This document shows, piece by piece, positions 24,827-36,700 of a DNA stretch of 64,000 nt (within the stretch, counting starts at the first letter, position 1; each line of letters starts with the position of its first letter). The translations under genes were made by a program, and so were the position numbers. Below the pieces are notes generated by a model, which ran no database searches, was not told the DNA's origin, and saw only the letters and a program-made list of their open reading frames with translations. Location: positions 15,748,001 through 15,812,000 of the forward strand of contig OZ024740.1 in NCBI GenBank assembly GCA_964016885.1, read 5' to 3'. Source of the DNA: Eledone cirrhosa. Its lineage: Eukaryota.

Positions 24827-27312
24827 TTCCTTATTAGCATAATGGGACATCCAACCCTAAGCTTAAGAATGTGAGGTGGGAGCCCTGGGGGCTCAAGGAA
24901 ATTTAATAACTCAACCGGTCGATAGATTTGAAGATGTATTCTTTACCGGGAATCTTCTCAATCAGCTGCTCGTTAATAAAATTAACCATGGTATTTTTCG
25001 GAGCAAGGATGGCTCTTTCGCTGAGCCAGTCAGGCTTTTAAAGTTAGATGAGACATTAGGAAAAACTGCTTCCCAAAGATCAGAAGGGCTGCTCACAATG
25101 TTGCACAGGGAGTCGATTGCTATGCCGCCCTTGTCATCCGCAAGGACCTTACCCTCACCAAGTGCTAAAATATTCTGAGTAAATGCTGCAGACATGTTGT
25201 CACCATGCAAATGAGCACGCATATTTGTGCTCAGGTACAAACTCTTCACCTGGAGCCACAACATGGTCGACTTAAGGCAGGCACGCACTTCATAAGCTCT
25301 TGTCCCTTTGGGGATGACAGACAGCGTTTGCCGAAAATCCCCTGATAGCAGAAGGGTTACGCCACCCATAGGAGCTGTAGAATCCCTAATGTCTTTCAGG
25401 GTCCTGTCCAATGCCTTCAAGGGCACCCTTGTGTGCCATTGTGCACTCATCCCAAACAATGAGGCAACATTTTTTGAGAACCAGAGCTTTGTGTGAACTC
25501 TTGATGATATAGCATGTTGGTGTCTCAGTTTTTATTAAATCCAAGGTGAGTTTAAAGGTTGAATGTGCTGTCCTGCCTCCCGGCAGCAAAGTAGCAGCGA
25601 TCCCGGACGATGCAACGGCCAACGCAATTTTTTTCTCCTGACGAATCTTAGCGAGAATCAATTTCGCTACATAAGTTTTTCCGGTACCCCCAGGAGCATC
25701 GAGAAAGTAAATACCCCCAGTCTGATTTTGAACCGCGTCAATGGTAGTTAAATAGGCCAACCTTTGGTCCGACAGAAGTTTGGGCTCATTTTCCTCTAAG
25801 TATTGGGAAAGAGATTCGATGTCATATGCTGTTTCCCGCAACAAATCCGGGGCCAACGTGTTAGCTTCCTCTCTGACGGTTGACGGCAAGCCATTCATCG
25901 CCAACTCACTCCCACCCATGTCGAGGAAGGCGTCCTCGATGTCAATGAGTGCCCTGTTGTAGATAATGTCGCTGTAACTAACTTCCACTGAAGTATACTG
26001 CAGATGAGCCAGGCGCAGGAAGTCCTCAGACGAAGTCTCTGTACTTGACCCATAAATATTTGGGATCACCCAATTCACACTTTTGAAGCAAAATGGCAAA
26101 GAGTTCCCGTAGACCTTTAGGTGATTTCAACAAAGCACCCTCTGCTAAAGTGGAATCCCATTGCAAATCATCTTCCAAAAGACCACGCTTAAAGCAGGCT
26201 ATCCGGTACGTATCACATATTTCTCCATCAACAGTTTTGAGGTCCTGAAAACTTTGTGGGCCTACAACTTCATGCAGAAGAAGGCGGAGATGAAAGCACT
26301 CATGCTGACTTGGGGGCACAGTGTAAACCCTTCCAAGACAGCTGTCAAATTTTACACCAGAATGTCTTTCAGCAGCCTGACCTGACTTTCTTCGCACCCA
26401 AGTGTTTTTCTACCATATAAAGTAGGATGGAACCTGGGAGTATACAATTGTTTGAGCAAATGTATCGAACTGGCAAAGTTTGAAGAAACCCGTCAGAGTG
26501 GTCTCTTTCGGATCGGCGGCCAACTTGGCGGCGGTTTGGTCCGCAAAGTAAACCCTTTGCCCATTTTCCAAATGTACCGCAAGCTGTATGATGGCGGGGT
26601 GACGTTGGTGTAGGGGTAAACCAAATAGGCGCTAAAAATCTTCATTGCTACTGATGTACCGCCCCGCCAGGTATTCTGTGACCTCGTCCCTGCTATTTTC
26701 AGCTTGAAATGCGAACATTGCGGCATCAGAGCCCTTATTTACATATTTGCATATGTATTTTATCGACTTGACGGAGTTGCAAAACTCAACGTTGATGTGG
26801 GCGTTGAACAACTTCAAGAGAAGCGGGCAGTAAGGTACCACCCATCTATTGTCGACTTGACCTCCCTTTACTGTTGTGGTGAAGCCACCGTTCTCGGGCC
26901 GTCTCCGCCTGTACAGGGGGTACCCGTCGCCACCAGTCTGAGTCTGATCAACAAATTTTTGGGGGTATCCCTTACTGTACGACGCCCCTTTCAGACACGC
27001 GTGGTGCTCATTAGGACCCGACGCACACGGACCATGTTAGCTTTGACGATGTCATGTAATTCCTGGTCAGTTGCTGGGTTAGTTATTTCAGTTAGTTATT
27101 TGAATTGATTTTATCAGCTAACCAAATCAAAATGTGAGCATGTGGCAGCCCTCGTTTTTGCCATTCGACGGTGAACATGTCACATTTTACAGCCCCAAAT
27201 ACCTGACCTTTTTGATTAAAGCCATGAGTTTAGACAGTTTCAGTCTGAACACTCTGGCAATGAGGTCATGTCTGTTCGAATAATTTTGCCCAGGAAAGAG
27301 TTCACGGGTTAC
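24827..27312 (-). pseudogene. Helitron Rep (HUH/Y2) plus Pif1-family helicase, frameshifted
   Basis: RHDLIARVF, VEWQKRGLPHAHIL (HUH), HINVEFC..KYICKYVNKG (Y2), [58 protein letters not shown]. Confidence 0.96.
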
Positions 27313-28590
27313 ATTCCTATTCATATGTCTATAGCATTAATCTGTTATATGAAGTGTTATTTTGCGGGTTGTTATTTGCAATAAGCCGATTGAAAATACC
27401 CCAGATAAGCCGTATGTCAATACGGAACGCCCCACTGCAGTGTTGTCATATAGGGAGTGAAGAGCGACAGAGAGAGTAAAGCAGTTAAATTATAAAGAGG
27501 GGGAATGATCTTGATCGATTTTTGCCCTTATTGTTGATTGATTTGAACTTTTTTTGCTTCATGACTTTCTCCTGACCAAAAGCAATAATTGTCTCGACTT
27601 TGAATAGAATCCCGTGAAAAAAGTTTTCTCATTAATTTTGTCTCATATTGAGAAAAACAAAAAGAAAATTACAAAAAGGACATCAATAAAATATAATGTC
27701 TTTGTTGAGAATCATGTAAATAAATGCTTAAGCGTCGTTATTGTTACGTTTGTTGTTTTATAAATTCATCTGTTGCTTTTGAATATTTGTTATTTGATGT
27801 AAAATGTAAGTGTGTAAAATGTAACGTTGAGAGAGCAGTATGTATTTAGTGTTATCGGCTTTTTAAATTTTGATATTTGATGCATGAGTGTTGTATAAAA
27901 TGATGTGTTGCTTAGTTATCAAAGTTTTTTTCGCGTTCCCGAACGAAGAGGGGGAATGATCTATTATAGAGAGAGAGAAGAGCGACGGATAGAGTGAAGC
28001 GAGTGTTAAACCTCGAAGCATGAAGAGAGTAAAGCAGTTAAATTATAGAGAGGGGGAATAATCTATTGTAGAGAGAGGGAAGAGCGACGGAGAGAGTAAA
28101 GCTATGGTTGTTGTATAAATCGATGTGTTGCTTAGGTTTCAAAGTTTGTGTCGCGTTCCTTCAAAAGAAGTTTTGTCGTTGTTCTAAATTGTAATGGTGA
28201 TAGGGTAGTAGACGAAGGCAGTAACCTTTTAAAGAGAGTTGCAAAGGAGATTGAGGGGGGAGTAGAGAGAGTGATGCATCTTTTAAAGAGAGTTGCAGAG
28301 GAGTTTGAGAGTGGAGTAGAGGAAAAGATGAACCTTTTAAAGAGAGTTGCAACATGTATGTAGGTAGTAGTGAGAGGAATGAAGCGTGTAAGAGAGAGGG
28401 TTACAGCATGTATTTAGTTTTATCGATTTTTTTTCATGGAAGCAGGAAATGTTTGGCAAAGATAATTACGCCTTGACCTGCCCTGGTAAATTTGGAGCAC
28501 ATTGGAAAATAATTCATCAAAATCGGTAGAGAAATGTGGAAATGCATAGAAACCATCCACACACACAGACAGACATCTACCGTTTTATAT
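24827..28590 (-). mobile_element. Helitron, internally deleted and 3'-truncated
   Basis: 5' end tatataaaacggtagatgtctgtctgtgtgtg near 28590 (minus strand), a leader with imperfect tandem repeats (27450-28400), then Rep/helicase remnants cut off at the inverted arm. Confidence 0.8.
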
Positions 28591-28612
28591 ATATATATAT
28601 AATATATATATC

Positions 28613-28749
<137 letters not shown>

Positions 28750-28832
28750 TAATGTTGCTTTGATGCGTCCATAGGCGGAATGCCAGTTGAGCACTCTATG
28801 CGCCTTCGGAGGATTTGCTTCGAAATGACTAG

Positions 28833-28923
28833 ACGTATCTGAGGAACTTGCAAATCCAGATCAGGTTCGATCCACAAACAGATCGCACCTCGAGCTGTTC
28901 GCCGGAGAAACAATTGTATACGT
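28833..28923 (+). ncRNA. Type I hammerhead, diverged relative of 17507-17598
   Basis: acgtat-CTGAGGA-...tcaggttcgatc...gatcg..cctcgagctg..-GAAA-caattg-tatacgt. Confidence 0.62.
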
Positions 28924-29884
28924 AATAAATTGTGTTCCGAGGCACCATTGATTCTTCGTTTTTCATATTATAATAAACGGACGGTAGTCCGTTTAGTAAT
29001 ATTGTTGTGGTAGTGTTTTCGTTGGCAATCGTCTGTTTACGACAGTACAGCGCGTCTCTACTTTATTTAACTGAGATAAAACTTATATGAGCAAGAACAG
29101 TAGATCATTACGCATCTTTTGGCTTAAAAATCTAGAAATTTGGTCCAGCGGGAAAAAGTTTATAATCAAAGTTTGCTGATAAATCTTGTGTTCAAGTGAG
29201 TGAGTAGTAAGCGTGACGCTAGGGGAGGTAATCCAGAAATGACGAATTTTTTTCGGCGGAACTCTTGTGATTGTGATTACGTTAGTCAAATGTAGTCAAA
29301 TCGCCGAATCCCCTCCTCCTAATTGACTACGTCATTTCTAACGGCCCTACTTGCGTCAGTGTGTAACATTACTTCACTTTTCACTGCTAAAATGCTTTTT
29401 AAATACTTCGTTAAAATTTATGTTTATTATCAAAGCTATTTTTTGTACCAATCTATCAATAGTTTGCGAAAATATAGGTAAACATGTGAGTTAAATTTTT
29501 TTTAATCGCATCGATCGCTTTGTCGCACCGACTGTGACACTGTCTGACTGTCTGTCTGACTGACACCTTTGTCGGACCGACACCTTTGTTCGTGCCGGCA
29601 TCTCTGCGAAACACCGATGACAACAACCAGACCAAAATTTCACTTCATTCTTCATTCTTCTTCAAGACCGATCGCCGACCGATCGTATTGGTTGCTCTTC
29701 ATATACCAGGTATTCAACAGATAGTTTGCACTTCTAGTATTATTAACAGTCGTGCGATTTTTTGTACCGATAGGTGCGAATAGTGCGCTATATTTTTGTA
29801 CCGATAGGTGCGAATAGTGCGATAGGTGCGAAAAGTGTACAATAGTTTCAGAGATTTGCATCCACTAATTTCGCTTAATTAAAA

Positions 29885-30680
29885 ATGATGTTTCGCGGCT
29901 TTTTGATCGGCTTATTCATTTTTTCCATGGCACGGAAATGGACTATTTCCATTTCGAATCAAAACTTTTCACTAAAATCGAGCAATTGGACTGATCAAAT
30001 TCACATTCATGCCAGTTTTTACAAATCCATAATTAGAAATGTGGCGAAATCGAATGACCAGAAGGTATAAAAATATTAATTCAAATGTATTTACTTATCA
30101 TACCAACAAAAATACTTAGATATTTTGTATACCTGGGGCCCGTCAGGGCCAGGTAATGTTAATCGCCAACATTGTTATCTGTTGTCCTTTTGTGAAAGTA
30201 TTGGTGGTTCATGTCGGCTCTAATGATCTGAATCCTCGTCGCACCGTTGGCACTACAAAGCTGTGCAAAGTAATACAATAATTTTTGACCAAGTATTTTT
30301 TATTAATCATTTATTTGTAAATTAAGGACAAAGTGCCCATTCGAGGCACAAAATCGGAAAAACGGGGGAAGAGTCTCTTTGCAAGGCTACAGAAAATAGC
30401 GGAAAAGCACCACTGTACACCCATTTTCTACAGTGGTGTCATTCCACGTCCACAAAGTGTAATTGAAAATAAAAATGACTTGGGCAAGAGAAATTCTCGT
30501 TTGGAAAAGTTTAATTACTGCATGAAAGAAATGATTCAAAAATTGAACTTGCCCAATCTTCACAACATTGAAAATTGGTCAAAATTTGACAAATCTGACT
30601 TCAAACCAGATATGATTCATTTGAACAATGTTGGAAATCTTAAATTGACACAAATTTTTGCCAATGTTTTTGCCACCTGA
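29885..30680 (+). CDS. SGNH/GDSL hydrolase-fold gene with three exons (29885?-30064, 30120-30269, 30327-30680)
   Basis: Removing two phase-0 GT-AG introns (55 and 57 nt) joins S-IIRNV (block I), CIPGAR (II), VVHVGSNDL (III), SGVIPR and DMIHLNNVG (V) in one frame. The start and block I (YKS instead of GDS) are uncertain. Confidence 0.8.
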
Positions 30681-30833
30681 TCCTTGTTCTATGGCTGACT
30701 GAATAATTTTGTGACTTAATAAAATGTCATCATATACTAGTAATGCACAATGGTCATTTTTAAATTTAAATTTTATTAAATAGTTGTTGCTTGCATTGCC
30801 TTAAAATAGTAACAAGAATGTACACATACTTTT

Positions 30834-31184
30834 TTAAAATACATCATTATCAGTCAAATCAGTCATAAGATTAGTTACATGCTCACACATTGCATCACCT
30901 CTCATCAATGGCATTGGGTGTCTGAGATAATCGTGGAGATAACTGATGAAGTCACAAATGAAGTGATGGTCTTCCAGTGTGAACAACTCCCTATATCCAT
31001 TGATATATGTGATGGCTTCCGATTCATAGGTGCATTTTATGAGGAATTCCATGCATCCGATTTTCAGTGATTCAATGGGCATTTTATCAGAGATGATAAG
31101 GTATTTGACCACGTTTTGCTTTGTAAGTAAATTGGAGAGAATCACTTCAGTCAAAGTCATTTCTTTGCATGGGTTTTTGTCCAT
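30834..31184 (-). CDS. Second copy of the BACK-like ORF (116 aa, altered C-terminus)
   Basis: Near-identical to 24281-24640 with a ~38-nt deletion near the 3' end. Confidence 0.45.
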   Translation of the reverse strand: MDKNPCKEMTLTEVILSNLLTKQNVVKYLIISDKMPIESLKIGCMEFLIKCTYESEAITYINGYRELFTLEDHHFICDFISYLHDYLRHPMPLMRGDAMCEHVTNLMTDLTDNDVF

Positions 31185-31457
31185 TCTAAAAAGTTAAAAT
31201 GATAAAGTATTACTACTATATAACTTACATCTATTGTTGTAACACCATTGAAATGCACAAGTTTCACCAATTCACTATTATGCACTAATCATCTCAAATG
31301 CATTCATGATTTACTAGCTTTGTCATTAAGCCAGTTGCCTGAACTAGATTGCAATTATACTCAAAAGAACTTTAAAATGTCAATCACTTGTCAGTAATTC
31401 ACTATGATCATTTAATTATTAGATAGTTGTTGCTTGCATTGCCTTAAAAAATAGTAG

Positions 31458-32560
31458 ACCAGATAGAAAATGCGTACAGCAAAAAAAAAGTAACATTGTT
31501 GGAATATAAACCTTTAAAAATACAGGACAAGAAACTTAAATAAAACTTTAAAAGAATACGACAAGAAACTAAAATAAAACTTTAAAACAATAGGACAAGA
31601 AACTAAGATAAAACTTTAAAGAATTGGACAAGAAATAAAAAATTTTACAATAATATTAGTGGCAAAACTTTTTTATTCGTTTCCTGTGCTATGCCCCAGT
31701 ATCTTCTTAATTAGTGCATAATAATTTTCATGCTCTCATTGTGCGTTTCCTCTGAGCGGTTGGTTCTGGTTGGGGTTGGTTGGCTGAGCAGTTCTGCTCC
31801 GTCAGAATGACCATTGCAAGAAGAATTGGCCGATGCAGCTGCAGGTCTCTTCCAAGAATACACTTCTGGTCCCGCAACACCAGACGAAGATGGAGAAGAC
31901 GACCGGGACAAGATGTCGACTCTGACCACCGCCTACGGCACCTCCCTCAACCACCGGTCCTCCCTCCCTCTGTCCCGTCATCCCTCCAGTCCTCCTGCTC
32001 CCCCTTCCTGTACCAGAAAGCTGTGGCATGCATTCATTTGGACTGCCGGACTTGAACTCAAGGACAAGATGCAAGGAGAAGATGGACGGGTTGGTCAAAA
32101 TCAAGGATGAGCGGGACGACAAGACCGTCCGCTGCTGCTCAAGATCTCTGCTCATGGGCCCATGGGTCCATTCACATTATGCATGATACATGAGGCGTGT
32201 CGCCGAATGATGAAATAGGGGTATGGTTATGGCCCAATTGGTGTTCAGACCAGGATCAAATGACCCCCCCCCCCCCCCGGTCTGACGACGACCTCTGAAT
32301 GTGGAACCCAGACCCTATGAATGTGGAACTCGATTTTTTACCAATAAAAATTTTGCCACTAATATTATTGTAAAATATTTTATTTCTTGTCCAATTCTTT
32401 AAAGTTTTATCTTAGTTTCTTGTCCTATTCTTTTAAAGTTTTATCTTAGTTTCTTGTCCTATTCTTTTAAAGTTTTATTTTAGTTTCTTGTCCTGTATTT
32501 TTAAAGGTTTATATTCCAACAATATTACTTTTTTTTGCTGTACGCATTTTTCTATCTGGT
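31458..32560. mobile_element. Non-autonomous TIR DNA transposon, possibly EnSpm/CMC-like; deleted copy at 23564-24007
   Basis: ~215-bp TIRs starting ACCAGATAGAAAA with ~33-bp subterminal repeats (ggacaagaaactaagataaaactttaaaagaata); GC-rich interior. Confidence 0.72.
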
Positions 32561-32754
32561 ATATATATATATATATATTTAGGTTTGTTGGTTCACCACT
32601 GGATAGAACTGGTCGTTCCGTATAGTCAACCTTGATGTAATATTAGGGAGAGCCCTCGACGTAAAACTCACTCGACTTCGTTTGTTTTGTTGGTGGTGCG
32701 AGTACGGAGTTAATTATTATAAAATAACAGGAGGCTGGACTGGTGCAATTCCTT

Positions 32755-32812
32755 ATACTATGAACATTTCAATGACCGGGTTCAGTATGAATCCGGTGAC
32801 ATCATCAGGTAT
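32755..32812 (-). ncRNA. Type I hammerhead ribozyme, canonical core
   Basis: Minus strand: atac-CTGATGA-tgtcaccggattca tac tgaacccggtcatt-GAAA-tgttca-TA-gtat. Confidence 0.75.
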
Positions 32813-33384
32813 TCGAAATTTAACGAACGAATATAATAGACACAATCCATGGGGCTGAAAAGGCAGAGACAGGAACGCGGCCAAACATTTAGCAGTTTCT
32901 AGTCCGATCGGCCGCCCTCAAGTGAGGACTACTAAGTCTTGTTATGTCTTTCTGGTGAAGGGGCGCAAGTTTATAGTGTACTACTACCAACCCGTCGTGG
33001 ACAAAGGCTAGCGGTGGGATCAGGTTACGATGAAGTTGGTCAGAAGTGGTAAAAAGTGTTAATAAATATATTTTTTCAAAAAACATATATCTTTAACAAA
33101 GCTATATATATATATATAATAATATATAAGATCAAGAGATGGTTAAAAGAGTTCCATGTATTTTATTATGCGCATTTCAAAAACAAATATCATCATGCAA
33201 TAACATTTGCGTTTTCGTCAGATAAAATAGGGAGACATGATATGAAGGTTAAAACACACTTGTGAATAGTGCAGTTTTAAATCAACATATCATTATATTT
33301 ATACACCAGTCCTACAAACTGTAGAGTGCTACTTATCCGATATCTGCATTGCTTTATTGTACTACAATAAAACTCACCTCCTAC

Positions 33385-33407
33385 ATATATATATATATAT
33401 ATATATA

Positions 33408-33495
<88 letters not shown>

Positions 33496-33545
33496 CATAC
33501 ATACATACATACATACATACATACATACATACATACATACATACA

Positions 33546-33640
<95 letters not shown>
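33385..33640. repeat. (TA)n/(CATA)n microsatellite
   Basis: Read directly. Confidence 0.97.
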
Positions 33641-33643
<3 letters not shown>

Positions 33644-33716
33644 GTTATGTAATAAACAACATAATTAATTCATTGACCAGTGGTTTTTTGAAGACAGATA
33701 TTTATATCTGTCTTCA

Positions 33717-36700
33717 ACTTAAGTTATACTACATGTGGTCCCTAGTAATACTGTGTAATATTTACTTAAGTTATGCTACATGTTGTCCCTAGTAATAATG
33801 TTTAATGTATGATACAGGTGCTACATGTTGTCTCTAGTAATAATGTTTAATATATGATACAGGTGCTACATGTGGTCTCTAGTAATAATGTTTAATATAT
33901 GATACAGGTGTTACATGTGGTCTCTAGTAATAATGTTTAATATATGATACAGGTGCAGCATGTGGTCCCTAGTAATAATGTTTAATATATGATACAGGTG
34001 TTACATGTGGTCTCTAGTAATAATGTTTAATATATGATACAGGTGCAGCATGTGGTCTCTAGTAATAATGTTTAATATATGATACAGGTGTTACATGTGG
34101 TCTCTGGTAATAATGTTTAATGTATGATACAGGTGCTACATGTGGTCTCTAGTAATACTGTTTAATATATGATACAGGTGTTACATGTGGTCTCTAGTAA
34201 TAATGTTTAATATATGATACAGGTGTTACATGTGGTCTCTAATAATAATGTTTAATATATGATACAGGTGATTCATGTGGTCTCTAGTAATAATGTTTAA
34301 TATATGATACAGGTGTTACATGTGGTCTCTAGTAATAATGTTTAATATATGATACAGGTGTTACATTTGGTCTCTAGTAATAATGTGTAATGTATGATAC
34401 AGGTGTTACATGTGGTCTCTAGTAATAATGTTTAATATATGATACAGGTGTTACATGTGGTCTCTAGTAATAATGTTTAATATATGATACAGGTGTTACA
34501 TGTGGTCTCTGGTAATAATGTTTAATGTATGATACAGGTGCTACATGTGGTCTCTAGTAATAATGTTTAATATATGATACAGGTGTTACATGTGGTCTCT
34601 AGTAATAATGTTTAATATATGATACAGGTGTTACATGTGGTCTCTAGTAATAATGTTTAATATATGATACAGGTGTTTCATGTGGTCTCTAGTAATAATG
34701 TTTAATATATGATACAGGTGTTACATGTGGTCTCTAGTAATAATGTTTAATGTATGATACAGGTGCAGCATGTGGTCTCTAGTAATAATGTTTAATATAT
34801 GATACAGGTGTTACATGTGGTCTCTAGTAATAATGTTTAATGTATGATACAGGTGTTAAGTGTGGTCGCTAGTAATAATGTTTAATATATGATACAGGTG
34901 TTACATGTGGTCTCCAGTAATAATGTTTAATGTATGATACAGGTGCTACATGTGGTCTCTAGTAATAATGTTTAATATATGATACAGGTGCCACATGCGG
35001 TCACTAGTAATAATGTTTAATATATGATACAGGTGTTACTTGTGGTCCCTAGTAACAATGTGTAATATTTACTTAAGTTATGCTACATGTTGTTCCTAGT
35101 AATAATGTTTAATGTATGATACAGGTGCTACATGTTGTCTCTAGTAATAATGTTTAATATATGATACAGGTGCAGCATGTGGTCTCTAGTTATAATATTT
35201 AATATATGATACAGGTGCTACATGTGGTCTCTAGTAATAATGTTTATTGTATGATACAGGTGTTACATATGGTCTCTAGTAATAATGTTTAATGTATGAT
35301 ACAGGTGTTACATGTGGACTCTAGTAATAATGTTTAATATATGATACAGGTGCTACATGTGGTCTCTAGTAATAATGTTTAATGTATGATACAGGTGCAG
35401 CATGTGGTCTCTAGTAATAATGTTTAATATATGATACAGGTGCAGCATGTGGTCTCTAGTAATAATGTTTAATATATGATACAGGTGTTACAAGTGGTCC
35501 CTGGTAATAATGTTTAATGTATGATACAGGTGTTACATGTTGTCTCTAGTAATAATGTTTAATATATGATACAGGTGTTACATGTTGTCTCTAGTAATAA
35601 TGTTTAATGTATGATACAGGTGCTACATGTGGTCTCTAGTAATACTGTTTAATATATGATACAGGTGTTACATGTGGTCTCTAGTAATAATGTTTAATGT
35701 CTGATACAGGTGATACATGTGGTCCCTAGTAATAATGTTTAATGTATGATACAGGTGCTACATGTGGTCTCTAGTAATACTGTTTAATATATGATACAGG
35801 TGTTACATGTGGTCTCTACTAATAATGTTTAATATATGATAAAGATGCAGCATGTGGTCTCTAGTCATAATGTTTAATATATGATACAGGTGTTACATGT
35901 GGTCTCTAGTAATAACATTTAATATATGATACAGGTGTTACATGTGGTCTCAAGTAGTAATGTTTAATATATGATACAGGTGCAGCATGTGGTCTCTAGT
36001 AATAATGTTTAATATATGATACAGGTGCAGCATGTGGTCTCTAGTAATAATGTTTAATGTATGATACAGGTGTTACATGCGGTCTCTAGTAATAATGTTT
36101 AATGTATGATACAGGTGTTACATGTGGTCTCTAGTAATAATGTTTAATATATGATACGGGTGCTACATGTGCTCCCTAGTAATAATGTGTAATATTTACT
36201 TAAGTTATGCTACATGTTGTCCCTAGTAATAATGTTTAATGTATGATACAGGTGCTACATGTTGTCTCTAGTAATAATGATTAACATATGATACAAGTGC
36301 AGCACGTGGTCTCTAGTAATAATGTTTAATATATGATACATGTGCTACATGTGGTCTCTAGTAATAATGTTTATTGTATGATACAGGTGTTACATATGGT
36401 CTCTAGTAATAATGTTTAATGTATGATACAGGTGTTACATGTTGTCTCTAGTAATAATGTTTAATATATGATACAGGTCCAGCATGTGGTCTCTAGTAAT
36501 AATGTTTAATATATGATACAGGTGCAGCATGTGGTCTCTAGTAATAATGTTTAATATATGATACAGGTGCAGCATGTGGTCTCTAGTAATAATGTTTAAT
36601 ATATGATACAGGTGTTACATGTGGTCTCTAGTAATAATGTTTAATGTATGATACAGGTGTTACATGTTGTCTCTAGTAATAATGTTTAATATATGATACA

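Larger units (their letters stand above)
30677..32560 (-). repeat. Right arm of large inverted duplication
   Basis: Reverse complement of 23564-24826 plus ~580 bp (31626-32204) missing from the left arm. Confidence 0.93.

Noticed and set aside
28148-28363. Repetitive ORF (LLKRVA x3)
   Set aside because: It arises from a ~60-bp tandem repeat in the Helitron leader; there is no other coding evidence.
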